Below are positions 47,371 through 55,700 of a stretch of DNA of 64,000 nucleotides, one piece after another. The stretch's first letter is position 1, and each line of letters opens with the position of its first letter. The stretch spans positions 612,368 through 676,367 of the forward strand of contig CP060233.1 in NCBI GenBank assembly GCA_023898665.1, written 5' to 3'. A program made the translations under genes and the position numbers. The stretch is from Candidatus Nomurabacteria bacterium (GTDB lineage: Bacteria > Patescibacteriota > Saccharimonadia > Saccharimonadales > HK-STAS-PATE-42). The notes beneath the pieces were generated by a model that had not been told where the DNA came from, did not search any database, and saw only the letters and a list, made by a program, of their open reading frames with translations.

Positions 47371-48426
47371 GTGGGGAGTGGTTCCTTTGAAATCGCTGGA
47401 GATGTAACATCAAGTGCAAAAACGACATTGGGTATTAATGGACCCGGAAGTTTTCAGCAAGTAAGTTTAGTACCCAATATGAGCTACTATGATAATTCTG
47501 CTCAAGCAAAACTAACTTTTAGAGTTTTTAATACTCGAGAAGACCTAAACTCTGCCTTTAATAATGGCTCAATCGAGATGTATATCGGTAGCGGGAATCA
47601 AATTAATAAGAATGAGGATTCAGAAGAAGCTGAAATAAAATTAAGTTCTGGTGTATTTAGTTTTTTTAACTTAAAAAGCCCCTATTTATCGGACATAAAA
47701 TTGCGCAGAGCTCTTTCGGGATATATTAATAGAAAATCATTGAGTATTTTAAATAGTGGAGTTAAACCACTTTATTCCCCAATTTTAGAAGTAGGTGATA
47801 CTGAACAGCCTGTCATTAATATTGAGGAAGCAAAAAAACTTATAGCAGAAGCCGGATATACTCTTGACACAAACTCAAATCAATTTATTAAAGATGGGCA
47901 GCCCCTTAGGCTTAATCTTGTTACTGGCGACTCAGATGAATACTCTAGAGTCGTTGACGAGCTTGCAAAAACTTGGAAGGAAATTGGAGTTAGCCTTGAG
48001 ATCATAAAAGCTAAATCAAGTGATTTGCAGTCTAATTATTTTGTTAATAAAGGATACGACATTCTTGTGTATGGTATATCACTTAATCAAGCGACCGAAC
48101 CTTATGCTTACTGGTCGAGTGATGCGGCCAACCCTAAAGGTTTAAACTTCAGTAATTATAAATCGCCGGCAAATGACGCCGATCTTGATGTAGCTAGATC
48201 TAAACTTAATCCAGCAGAAAGAAATGTAAGGCTAGAGAGATTTGTAAAAAGATGGAAAGAGGATGTACCTGCCGCTGCTCTTTATGTGCCAAGTCTAAAA
48301 GTAATGTATAGGTCAGGGTCGGTTCAGCCTGATGTTAATCAGCAGACCTATGTCAGCGGCTTCACAGATGCTTTTGATCTATTTAATCAGATAAAGGGTC
48401 AAAAGAAGAAGTTATATCAAAACTAG
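47371..48426 (+). pseudogene. family-5 solute-binding protein, C-terminal fragment
   Basis: 351 aa. It begins at VGSGSFEI, which corresponds to the PxGTGPY motif of the family. Translating through the TGA gives HIFE*VDSDKISTVNYNKIPVGSGSFEI with no other stop. Confidence 0.7.
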
Positions 48427-48447
48427 CAATTCACAATCAATGTTGCT

Positions 48448-49224
48448 TTATTGATTAATGCCTACTCCGTATAGCTGTTCTAATAACTTAAATCTTGGGG
48501 TCCAAATCTGCCAGCACAAAAGTAGCGCAGCGACTTCTAAGCTTAATTCGTTAGTTTTTTGAGAATAATAAAAGTTATCTTCGGTAGCTATTATTCTATT
48601 TTCATCATGCAATACAATATTTGCCTGAATATGTTTATCTAATATTGATAATACTTCAGTTATTTGGTTAAAAGAAGAGCTGGATAAGAGAGGTTTAGTC
48701 AACTTAACATCTGAAATTTTTATTATTTTTTGCAGATTTTTAAAGTTTATTACTAAAGATATTTTTTCATTGTTTAAGATCTCATCAGGATAATGTAGTA
48801 CTAAGTTTATTGCAGAATCTGTTATTACGACTGGTTTATATGTTTTTGAAATAGCTAGGGCAAGTTTATACTCAGTTGCAGAGCTACTACCGATATCAGC
48901 TAAGATTAATCCATCCGACATTGCTAACTCTTCTAGTAGCAATTTTTGACCTACATCTGTTAAGCCATAGTAATTATCAAAGATCAACCCTGTGAGTAAT
49001 TGCTCCTCTCTTTTAAAAACTCTTGCAAGAGATTCTGGGACTAAAGTTTGTATGTTACCAATTCCAGCTTTATTAGCTGACTTAAATATCGTATCAACCT
49101 CTTTTAGCTTTAAGCTTACGCCCCCCAGAATAACTATCGATCCTGCTTGATCTTTTCTTTCTGGCTTCTCCCAACTTAATTTTGAGCTTAAGTTAGTGGT
49201 ATCAAGTGGATGTAGGCCAGGCAT
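48448..49224 (-). CDS. divergent YjeF_C / NAD(P)HX-dehydratase-like protein
   Basis: 258 aa. The order GSIVILGGVS...ANKAGIGNIQTLVPE, then KPVVITDSAINLVL, then ANIVLHDENRIIATE follows the YjeF C-terminal kinase-fold layout. The usual GxGD motif appears to be missing. Confidence 0.35.
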   Translation of the reverse strand: MPGLHPLDTTNLSSKLSWEKPERKDQAGSIVILGGVSLKLKEVDTIFKSANKAGIGNIQTLVPESLARVFKREEQLLTGLIFDNYYGLTDVGQKLLLEELAMSDGLILADIGSSSATEYKLALAISKTYKPVVITDSAINLVLHYPDEILNNEKISLVINFKNLQKIIKISDVKLTKPLLSSSSFNQITEVLSILDKHIQANIVLHDENRIIATEDNFYYSQKTNELSLEVAALLLCWQIWTPRFKLLEQLYGVGINQ

Positions 49225-49225
49225 A

Positions 49226-50026
49226 TTAATCTTCTATTTCGATTGAGACGGGACAGTGGTCTGAGCCCATTACATCTGGATGAATTTTTGCATCTTTTAG
49301 TTTAGGTAAAAATGATTTTGAGATTAGCCAGTAATCTATGCGCCAACCAACGTTGCGGGCTCGAGCATTTTGCCAATGTGTCCACCATGTGTAAAGTTCT
49401 GGTGTTTCTGGATTAAAGTGACGTAGAGTATCTACAAATCCTGCAGCTAAGAATTCTGAAAAGCCTTCACGCTCTTCGTTTGTGAATCCGTGTTTACCGA
49501 CATTTGGTTTTGGATTAGCTAAATCTATCTCTTCATGGGCAACATTTAGGTCTCCACAAAATAAAACAGGCTTCTTTTTTTCTAACATTTGCATATACTC
49601 TAAGAACGCTGGATCCCAAGACTTACGTCTCAGTTCTAGACGAGTTAAATCTCCCTTTGAGTTTGGTGTGTAGACAGTGGCGACAAAAAACTCTTCAAAC
49701 TCAGCAACAGTAACCCTGCCTTCTTCATTTGTATGCCCATATCCATCGATTAACTCTGGGTACTTCTTTAATATTTCATCTGGAAAATTTAAGATAACGT
49801 TAAGTGGTTCTGTTTTAGAGAAAATTGCTGTACCAGAATACCCCTTCTTCTTTGCGGAGTTCCAAACCTCAAAGTAATCTGGTAAATCAATCTCAACTTG
49901 ATCTTGTGAGGCTTTAGTCTCTTGCAAGCATAAAATATCTGGTTGGTGCTCTTCAATGAACTTCAAAAAAGTGCCTTTGGTAAGCCCGGCCCGAATCCCA
50001 TTAACATTCCAAGAATAAAGTTTCAT
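49226..50026 (-). CDS. xth: exodeoxyribonuclease III
   Basis: 266 aa. MKLYSWNVNGIRA, LCLQETK, WWTHWQNARARNVGWRIDY and SDHCPV. Confidence 0.9.
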   Translation of the reverse strand: MKLYSWNVNGIRAGLTKGTFLKFIEEHQPDILCLQETKASQDQVEIDLPDYFEVWNSAKKKGYSGTAIFSKTEPLNVILNFPDEILKKYPELIDGYGHTNEEGRVTVAEFEEFFVATVYTPNSKGDLTRLELRRKSWDPAFLEYMQMLEKKKPVLFCGDLNVAHEEIDLANPKPNVGKHGFTNEEREGFSEFLAAGFVDTLRHFNPETPELYTWWTHWQNARARNVGWRIDYWLISKSFLPKLKDAKIHPDVMGSDHCPVSIEIED

Positions 50027-50098
50027 ATGGGTTTTATTATACTCTAAACTCTTCTTATATTGACTGGCTGTACCTATATATGTTAGAATTATATTAGT

Positions 50099-50680
50099 AT
50101 GCCGAATACATCGATTGATAAACTAAACATACTCTTACATCCTGATTTCTTCCGACTTAGAGCAGAGGACGAGATACCAGCAATTGTATCGCGTTACGAA
50201 AACCGACTTCTAGGCTTGATCGATGAAGCCGATGATAATAACCGAGCAGTTCTGTTGCACGATGTCCTAGGCCTAGTGCCGAGTAGCCCTAAGAACGGTG
50301 TATTCTGGGGAAAATTCGAAGACGACATGAAGGTTATGACCGCCCAGGGAGATGGCTCGCTCGCAAACTCCGCTCAATGTGAAAAGCTATGGGACATCAT
50401 ACAAAGATCTAACCCGCAAAGAATAGTTGTAAGTGGTAGTTACTTTAACGGATGTGTAGGTGGATTTGTAGCGGGCCTGGCTAACGCGATGGCCTACCAA
50501 AAGCCTGCTTACTTGGCTCAACATACCACCTATGGCGACATAACGATCCTTAAGAGAAAAGACGTTGATACTAGAATCGAGCTGGGCACTGTACTAGACA
50601 ACCCACGCATAAGAAGTGTTGAGCTAAACGGTCGAGAGATCCTACAAGGTGAGGATTATAGAGTATTTAAGATAAGGTAG
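50099..50680 (+). CDS. hypothetical protein, tandem paralogue A
   Basis: 193 aa. It shares LLHPDFF and RIVVSGSYFNGCVGGFV with the next gene. Confidence 0.5.
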   Translation: MPNTSIDKLNILLHPDFFRLRAEDEIPAIVSRYENRLLGLIDEADDNNRAVLLHDVLGLVPSSPKNGVFWGKFEDDMKVMTAQGDGSLANSAQCEKLWDIIQRSNPQRIVVSGSYFNGCVGGFVAGLANAMAYQKPAYLAQHTTYGDITILKRKDVDTRIELGTVLDNPRIRSVELNGREILQGEDYRVFKIR

Positions 50681-50683
50681 CCT

Positions 50684-51232
50684 ATGGCAGAGGATGAAAA
50701 AGCTGACATTTTTGTGCATCCAGACTTTTTAAATCGTGTCAGAAACAAAGAAATTGATGAGAATACTAACCCATTTTATCTAGCGTACTTAAAAAGTATA
50801 AAAGAGAAAATGAAAGCAGCTCAATTTGGTGTTTTAGCTTACAATCCCTATATGGGAGATCCAAAACACCCAGATACTGATAAAGAGTATACAGATTTGT
50901 TTTCGACACCTGAAAGGTTATGTATTCCTACTAAAAAAGGCTCCGGCGAACCGTATGACCATTCATCACATGAATCACTGAGTGAGCATATTGAAACACT
51001 GTGCCCTAAACTTATAGTTGTGCACGGAAGTTATGCAAATGCATGCGTTAAAGAAATGGTAAGTAGCGTAAGGTCAATTACCGACCAAAGGGTGGTTCTC
51101 GGAATAGTATTAAGCAGATATTTTGGAGACGGATACCCTGTGCCACATGAATCCTTCTCTGAAATGCATCCAGATATGGCGGATACTTTAGATTATAAAG
51201 AAACAAATATTCATGGGATAAGATATTTGTAA
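50684..51232 (+). CDS. hypothetical protein, tandem paralogue B
   Basis: 182 aa. IFVHPDFL and LIVVHGSYANACVKEMV align with paralogue A. The start is 4 nt after the stop of A. Confidence 0.5.
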   Translation: MAEDEKADIFVHPDFLNRVRNKEIDENTNPFYLAYLKSIKEKMKAAQFGVLAYNPYMGDPKHPDTDKEYTDLFSTPERLCIPTKKGSGEPYDHSSHESLSEHIETLCPKLIVVHGSYANACVKEMVSSVRSITDQRVVLGIVLSRYFGDGYPVPHESFSEMHPDMADTLDYKETNIHGIRYL

Positions 51233-51238
51233 TAGATA

Positions 51239-51805
51239 TCAGTTCTGTAGAGCTATCTTAATTCTCTCTTCGGCGCTTAAGCTTAGATCAATTCCTTCTA
51301 TAGCTTTAGCAGCATCTTTTGGTGAGTAACCAAGTGAGATTAAAGCTTGATAAGCTTCGTCATCTTCATGAGAGCTGGCTTTACCTGCATTATCGATAAG
51401 AGCTGTGTCGCTTAGCCTTCCAGAAAGCTCTAAGATTAATCTTTCGGCCAGTTTTTTGCCTACACCAGAAGCTTGTTGAATATATTTAGCATTAGAATTA
51501 ACAAGAGCAGTTTTAAGATCAGATATGCTACCGATATTTAAAACAGCAAGAGCGGCCTTGGGGCCGGCTCCGTTTACACTTAAAAGTTTTTCAAAAAGTT
51601 CTAATTCTGCTACATCCGCAAATCCAAATAAATCGTGTTTATCTTCTTTGATGTTTTCGTGAATCCAAAGTTTAACACCATCTTCTAAATTAAGTTGATT
51701 TATTTGAGCTTCTGTCGAGAAGATCTTATAGCCAACTCCATCGTTAAATAAGACAAGTGAGTCAATATCTTTCTTTACGACCTTTCCCTCGAGTAGTGCA
51801 ATCAT
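51239..51805 (-). CDS. ruvA: Holliday junction DNA helicase subunit RuvA
   Basis: 188 aa. MIALLEGKVV N-terminus, HhH region LLSVNGAGPKAALAVL ... ASGVGKKLAERLILEL, and a short C-terminal domain. Confidence 0.85.
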   Translation of the reverse strand: MIALLEGKVVKKDIDSLVLFNDGVGYKIFSTEAQINQLNLEDGVKLWIHENIKEDKHDLFGFADVAELELFEKLLSVNGAGPKAALAVLNIGSISDLKTALVNSNAKYIQQASGVGKKLAERLILELSGRLSDTALIDNAGKASSHEDDEAYQALISLGYSPKDAAKAIEGIDLSLSAEERIKIALQN

Positions 51806-51862
51806 GGTAATTTTAAGTCTAACATAGCTTTTGGTATAATCTTAAGGGTTAGAACTTGATGA

Positions 51863-51938
51863 GGCGCTATAGCTCAGTTGGTAGAGCAGAGGCCTGAAGA
51901 GCCTTGTGTCCCTGGTTCAAGTCCAGGTGGCGCCACCA
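51863..51938 (+). tRNA. tRNA-Phe (anticodon GAA), CCA encoded
   Basis: Hand fold: acceptor GGCGCTA/TGGCGCC, D arm GCTC-AGTTGGTA-GAGC, anticodon arm GAGGC-CTGAAGA-GCCTT, T arm CCTGG-TTCAAGT-CCAGG. Confidence 0.9.
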
Positions 51939-51953
51939 AGTTCTTTTTGCTAT

Positions 51954-52029
51954 GCGGGTGTAGCTCAGCTGTTAGAGCGCTTCCTTGCCAAGGAAGAGGT
52001 CCCGGGTTAGAGTCCCGGTACCCGCACCA
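51954..52029 (+). tRNA. tRNA-Gly (anticodon GCC), CCA encoded
   Basis: Hand fold: acceptor GCGGGTG/TACCCGC, D arm GCTC-AGCTGTTA-GAGC, anticodon arm CTTCC-TTGCCAA-GGAAG, T arm CCGGG-TTAGAGT-CCCGG. Confidence 0.85.
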
Positions 52030-52048
52030 ATATAGATTTTCAAACATT

Positions 52049-52072
52049 AGAGACCAAACGGTCTCTTTTTGT
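52049..52072 (+). terminator. intrinsic terminator after the tRNA pair
   Basis: AGAGACC-AAAC-GGTCTCT followed by TTTTTGTTT. Confidence 0.6.
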
Positions 52073-52091
52073 TTGAAGTAAATCTAAGTCC

Positions 52092-52535
52092 TTAAATCCA
52101 GTCAAAAAATCTATATGACCAATCTCTAAATCCACTCACACCTGGATTGTCACCATCATACTCTAGCTCAACATATTCTTGCGGCACATATTTATAACCA
52201 TGTTCGTCTAGAAGCTCTAAAATTATGGAGCGCAGTGACTTATCTAATCCATCTTCAGTCTCAAAAAGACATACCATATTTCCGTAGCTGCTAAACTTCA
52301 ACCATGCGTATGGGTTATAAAAATATACCTGTGAATGGAAACTGGCATCCTGTACTTCTCCTCCAGTATCGGTATTAAACTCTTGCCCTGTCTTTTCCTC
52401 TAGATCTTTCACGTACAACTTGAACTTCGCTACAGCAGCGCTTCTGTCAAAACCGTTAGGCTCTTCTGTACCACCTAATAATTCCATATCGTGAAAAAGT
52501 TGAATAGCTTCTTCATTGTTCTGAACCGTACTCAT
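52092..52535 (-). CDS. hypothetical acidic protein (island gene)
   Basis: 147 aa uninterrupted ORF with no motif I recognise. Confidence 0.45.
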   Translation of the reverse strand: MSTVQNNEEAIQLFHDMELLGGTEEPNGFDRSAAVAKFKLYVKDLEEKTGQEFNTDTGGEVQDASFHSQVYFYNPYAWLKFSSYGNMVCLFETEDGLDKSLRSIILELLDEHGYKYVPQEYVELEYDGDNPGVSGFRDWSYRFFDWI

Positions 52536-52575
52536 GAGTGTTATTATATCCTCCTCGTCTTAGGGCAGCAACGAT

Positions 52576-52720
52576 TTAGATCAAATCAGCAGATAGATTA
52601 AACACCTTCGCCAGATTTATTAACTTTTGATTATCAAATTGTTCAATTGCAGATGTTTGAAATACGTCAACTATCCTGCACCAATTTATTGCATAACAGT
52701 ATAAACTTGCACCTTTTTCG
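52576..52720 (-). pseudogene. remnant of an XRE-family helix-turn-helix gene
   Basis: The C-terminal part DVFQTSAIEQFDNQKLINLAKVFNLSADLI looks like the second half of a Cro/C1 HTH domain. The N-terminal half of the track ORF (MCFPVLPFCQLCFHSS...) does not look like protein. Confidence 0.3.
52677..52706. repeat. repeat R1, copy a
   Basis: TGCACCAATTTATTGCATAA (52677-52696) is identical to 55627-55646. The next ~10 nt are also similar (cagTATAAAC versus taTATAAAC). Confidence 0.8.
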
Positions 52721-52744
52721 GGTGGATTTTCTGCTATTGAGGAG

Positions 52745-53478
52745 TGAAAACAGAGCTGGCAAAATGGAAGGACTGGGAAACACATTTGTGGTGGTTCTGG
52801 GCCACTTTCGCCTACAGAACAGGAGGTTTATCAACCTCTGTCGTGGTTACGGTGAAAAGCCTGCTGACGGTCTTCTTGTCGCAACACAATCAATTCTAGT
52901 GCTGTGAGAACGCAATACTGAATACTGATGGTTCGCCAGCCGAGATGTGCGGCAATGGGCTACGGTGTCTTGCAAAGTTTGCCAGGGCCTGAAGGACTTG
53001 TTAATAAAGCTAGTTTTGTTGTTCAGACTGATGCGGGACAATTGAGGTTCGCTGCGATGATAGCGACGAAGAATCTGGTCGAGGCGCAGGCTGGCAAAGT
53101 AGCAGTTTCTGATAAGCCGATAAATATCCACGTGTGAGAAGTTTCACTGCAAATGTTGGCAACCCACATGCGGTGACGTTTGTGGATGACTTAGAGTCAG
53201 CGCTAGTTACAACTTCGACCTAAGGTTGAAGTAGATAACTTCCCAAATAAGACGAATGTTGAGTTTTGTCCAAGTGTTGACCAGAACAATATCATCCAGA
53301 ACATGGAACGAGGATGGTGAAACACTGCTTGTGGTACAGGCATGACAGCTGCCTCAGCTGTATTCGTTGAATAGGTCATGGTGAGTACCACGGTGGAAGT
53401 TCGTGAGGCAGGGCTAAGCTCTGGGTTGATGAAAATGGCTTTACACGGATGCGTTAGGTCCAGCAACATTTAGCTAGT
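52745..53478 (+). pseudogene. dapF: diaminopimelate epimerase pseudogene
   Basis: DapF hallmarks are spread over different frames with stops: KMEGLGNTFVVV (GNDF box), [22 protein letters not shown] (first catalytic Cys) near 52927-52992, NVGNPHAVTFVDDLES near 53153-53200, ERGW*NTACGTGMTAASAV (second catalytic Cys) near 53305-53350, and GPATFS* at the end. One sampled line is about 52 % G+C. Confidence 0.75.
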
Positions 53479-53526
53479 AGATAACCTTGTTTATATCTAC
53501 TCGGCTCTTTCCGATGTCGTGTATCG

Positions 53527-53583
53527 TAAAACTACCGCCCTCAATCACCCACACAAAAAGTTTAAGTACATTCTGTAGAGTTA
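53527..53583. repeat. repeat R2, copy a
   Basis: A 57-nt segment about 80 % identical (hand alignment) to 56498-56554. On the minus strand it reads TLQNVLKLFVWVIEGGSF... Confidence 0.75.
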
Positions 53584-53604
53584 CACCAGTCTGCTTATGC
53601 TTAT

Positions 53605-54162
53605 TTATCTGAGGCCCAGGGGTCTTTTTTTATATTCAGGATCAATATCTACTCTTACTTTGCCGTCATCATCCGAGCTAGTAGTAACCCGCTTGAAGCC
53701 ATGCTTCTCATAGTAGTGAACTGCCCTTTTGTTACTTTCGAATACTCCTCCCCAGAGAATAATTCTTTCCTTGCCAAACTTTTTAGCAACGTCTTTGATG
53801 ATTGGCATTAACTTTCCTCCTAGACCAAGGTCCTGATACTTATCAGAAAGAGTTATACCAAACCTACAATCTCTTTCTTCGGTTAACTCGTACCCAGCTT
53901 CTTTAAATCGTGTTAAATCTCCTCCTGGAAGACCAAAACTAAACTCAAGAAGTCCTACGGTCTCTTGGTCCGATTCTACCACTAGTCTTAGTTTGTCATA
54001 TTTATTTATGGCATCGCACAGCTCCTTTGCCATCACTTCGTCATAAGTATCAAAAGTACTGAATTCTCTAGTATCACTAGAAAGGTTGGCTAAGAACTCT
54101 CCTAGCATCTCAATATCTTCATTGACCAAGGGTCTTACTGCCAATGCTGGACCATCGATCAA
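53605..54162 (-). CDS. GNAT family N-acetyltransferase
   Basis: 185 aa. Motif A YQDLGLGGKLM and motif B NKRAVHYYEKHGFKRV. Confidence 0.8.
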   Translation of the reverse strand: MIDGPALAVRPLVNEDIEMLGEFLANLSSDTREFSTFDTYDEVMAKELCDAINKYDKLRLVVESDQETVGLLEFSFGLPGGDLTRFKEAGYELTEERDCRFGITLSDKYQDLGLGGKLMPIIKDVAKKFGKERIILWGGVFESNKRAVHYYEKHGFKRVTTSSDDDGKVRVDIDPEYKKRPLGLR

Positions 54163-54261
54163 TTCTACTTCGTAGTTTACTTGTGAAGGATCTTCAAAGA
54201 TGGAATTTAGGGTTATTATTAATAAGATATTAACACAGGGGTCTGTTATGATAATCCTTAT

Positions 54262-54978
54262 ATGTCGCTTACTAAAGTAAAGAAACTCCTAGAATACTAT
54301 GAAGGTGGAGCTATCCCAGTATTGTCTCAACATGAAGTCCATCCTGATGTACCAATCGATAGCCGAGAAAATTATTTGTATTTTACGTTACCGGTTTGCA
54401 TAAACTTTCAACGTAATTCACCAGCCATGTGGGCAGCAGCCTTAAAGACTTGGGAAGATGAGTCCACTAGATACTTATTCTTTCCTGAGAAGTTAGCTGT
54501 CACGCCAATTGAAAAAGTAAGAGATGACCTTTTGAAGCATCGTCTGGGGTTGCAGCCCAATAAACACGTCCTAATATGGACCACTATCGCTCGAACACTT
54601 CATGAACATTACAATGATGATCCACGAGACATACTAAAGGAAGCAGAAGGAGATGCTGGTAAGCTAATCGAACTATTACAAGTTACTCATAAGAAGCGCT
54701 TTCCGTACTTGAGTGGACCAAAACTTTCAAACTATTGGCCGTATATATTATCCCAATATACAGATGTAGAGCTTTCTAGCCCACAAGAGATATCGATAAT
54801 CCCAGACACGCACGTTTTGCAGGGAAGTGTCGTTCTAGGGATAGTTGCGCCAGGCGCGAACTCTAAACAGGTTGAGGCTACCTGGAAAGAATTGTTAAAA
54901 GATACGGCGATTAATCCTTCTCGGGTTCACCCAGCATTATGGAACTGGAGTAGGAACAAGTTCGAGCCTAAGGTTTAG
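54262..54978 (+). CDS. hypothetical protein (possible HhH-type fold)
   Basis: 238 aa. FPYLSGPKLSNYWPYIL is faintly reminiscent of HhH-GPD glycosylase hairpins. That is weak evidence. Confidence 0.4.
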   Translation: MSLTKVKKLLEYYEGGAIPVLSQHEVHPDVPIDSRENYLYFTLPVCINFQRNSPAMWAAALKTWEDESTRYLFFPEKLAVTPIEKVRDDLLKHRLGLQPNKHVLIWTTIARTLHEHYNDDPRDILKEAEGDAGKLIELLQVTHKKRFPYLSGPKLSNYWPYILSQYTDVELSSPQEISIIPDTHVLQGSVVLGIVAPGANSKQVEATWKELLKDTAINPSRVHPALWNWSRNKFEPKV

Positions 54979-55481
54979 GCTAATATCTTGTTATAAAACT
55001 CATACTTAGCGGCTTGGTATTCCCTGAAAGGCTTGCCGTTTGCATCTGACTTTAGCTTTTCGTATTCATCTTTTAATTCACTATTATTCTTGAGCAGTTC
55101 GAATACTCTTATCTGCTCAGCCATGGAAGGAGTAGAAGGGTCAGTTAGATAAAGCTCTACCTCAACACCCTCTCTTTCAAACATCCACTCAACGTTATCT
55201 TCGTGTTTATGGGTTGGTTCTCCAAATAACTCTATCAGTCTATCTAGATACATATTGAAGTCTTCTTTAGGATGGAGCATATACATGTCTAAGTCACCCT
55301 GACCAGATATACCAAGTCCAGTAGCCCCCATTAGCCTTATGTCTATATCTTCGGAGATGGCTTTGATGGCAGAGATTATCTGATCTGCTACTCTTTGTAA
55401 CTCTTCAGTATAAGGTTTGATATGGACCAACCTGTCTTCTGGGATAGTCTTTAAATAGTTAGCTTGTGGTTTGGTTAACAT
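54975..55481 (-). CDS. nucleotidyltransferase-fold protein (GrpB-like)
   Basis: 168 aa. MGATGLGISGQGDLDMYML fits the hG[GS]...D.D NTase motif, and the C-terminal REYQAAKYEFYNKIL resembles GrpB family ends. Confidence 0.5.
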   Translation of the reverse strand: MLTKPQANYLKTIPEDRLVHIKPYTEELQRVADQIISAIKAISEDIDIRLMGATGLGISGQGDLDMYMLHPKEDFNMYLDRLIELFGEPTHKHEDNVEWMFEREGVEVELYLTDPSTPSMAEQIRVFELLKNNSELKDEYEKLKSDANGKPFREYQAAKYEFYNKILA

Positions 55482-55490
55482 AACTAAATC

Positions 55491-55634
55491 TTAGCATAGG
55501 GATCTGTTATGTATGTAAGTCTCTACACTCCCCTTATTAATTAAGTACTCCCTGTAGGGTACAGCTAGGAGTATTCTCCATAAAGCCATTTCTTCTCTGA
55601 TCTCGTGTAAAAATAATGAGTAGTATTGCACCAA
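55491..55634 (-). CDS. possible small XRE-like HTH ORF or remnant upstream of the NTase gene
   Basis: 47 aa from a TTG/GTG start: VQYYSLFLHEIREEMALWRILLAVPYREYLINKGSVETYIHNRSLC. It loosely resembles the IREE.g.s...LA ... yi..iE.G pattern. It ends 10 nt before the NTase ATG, and its 5' end lies inside repeat R1b. Confidence 0.2.
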   Translation of the reverse strand: MVQYYSLFLHEIREEMALWRILLAVPYREYLINKGSVETYIHNRSLC

Positions 55635-55655
55635 TTTATTGCATAATATATAAAC
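55627..55655. repeat. repeat R1, copy b (promoter-like)
   Basis: It has the same 20-mer as 52677-52696. On the + strand it reads TTGCAC (55626-55631), 17 nt, then TATAAA (55649-55654), 47 nt upstream of ATG 55701. Confidence 0.8.
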
Positions 55656-55700
55656 GCCTTCCGAGGTGTTTTTTTACCGCCTTAGTGGTATTATCAACTT

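Noticed and set aside
46624-48426. Alternative genetic code (UGA as a sense codon, as in some CPR lineages) to explain the in-frame TGA
   Set aside because: TGA terminates bona fide genes here (for example 16097-16099 and recF, which ends TGA-TAA). No other conserved gene in the window needs a TGA read-through.
51878-52081. 67-aa + strand ORF in the track
   Set aside because: It lies entirely over tRNA-Phe, tRNA-Gly and their terminator, so it is an artefact of GC-rich tRNA sequence.
52576-53469. Track ORFs 52647..52907 (+), 52847..53131 (-), 52928..53137 (+) and 53203..53469 (-), plus the N-terminal part of 52576..52785 (-)
   Set aside because: They are frame fragments of, or antisense to, the decayed dapF gene. 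None is a coherent protein. The region is better explained as one pseudogene plus an XRE remnant.
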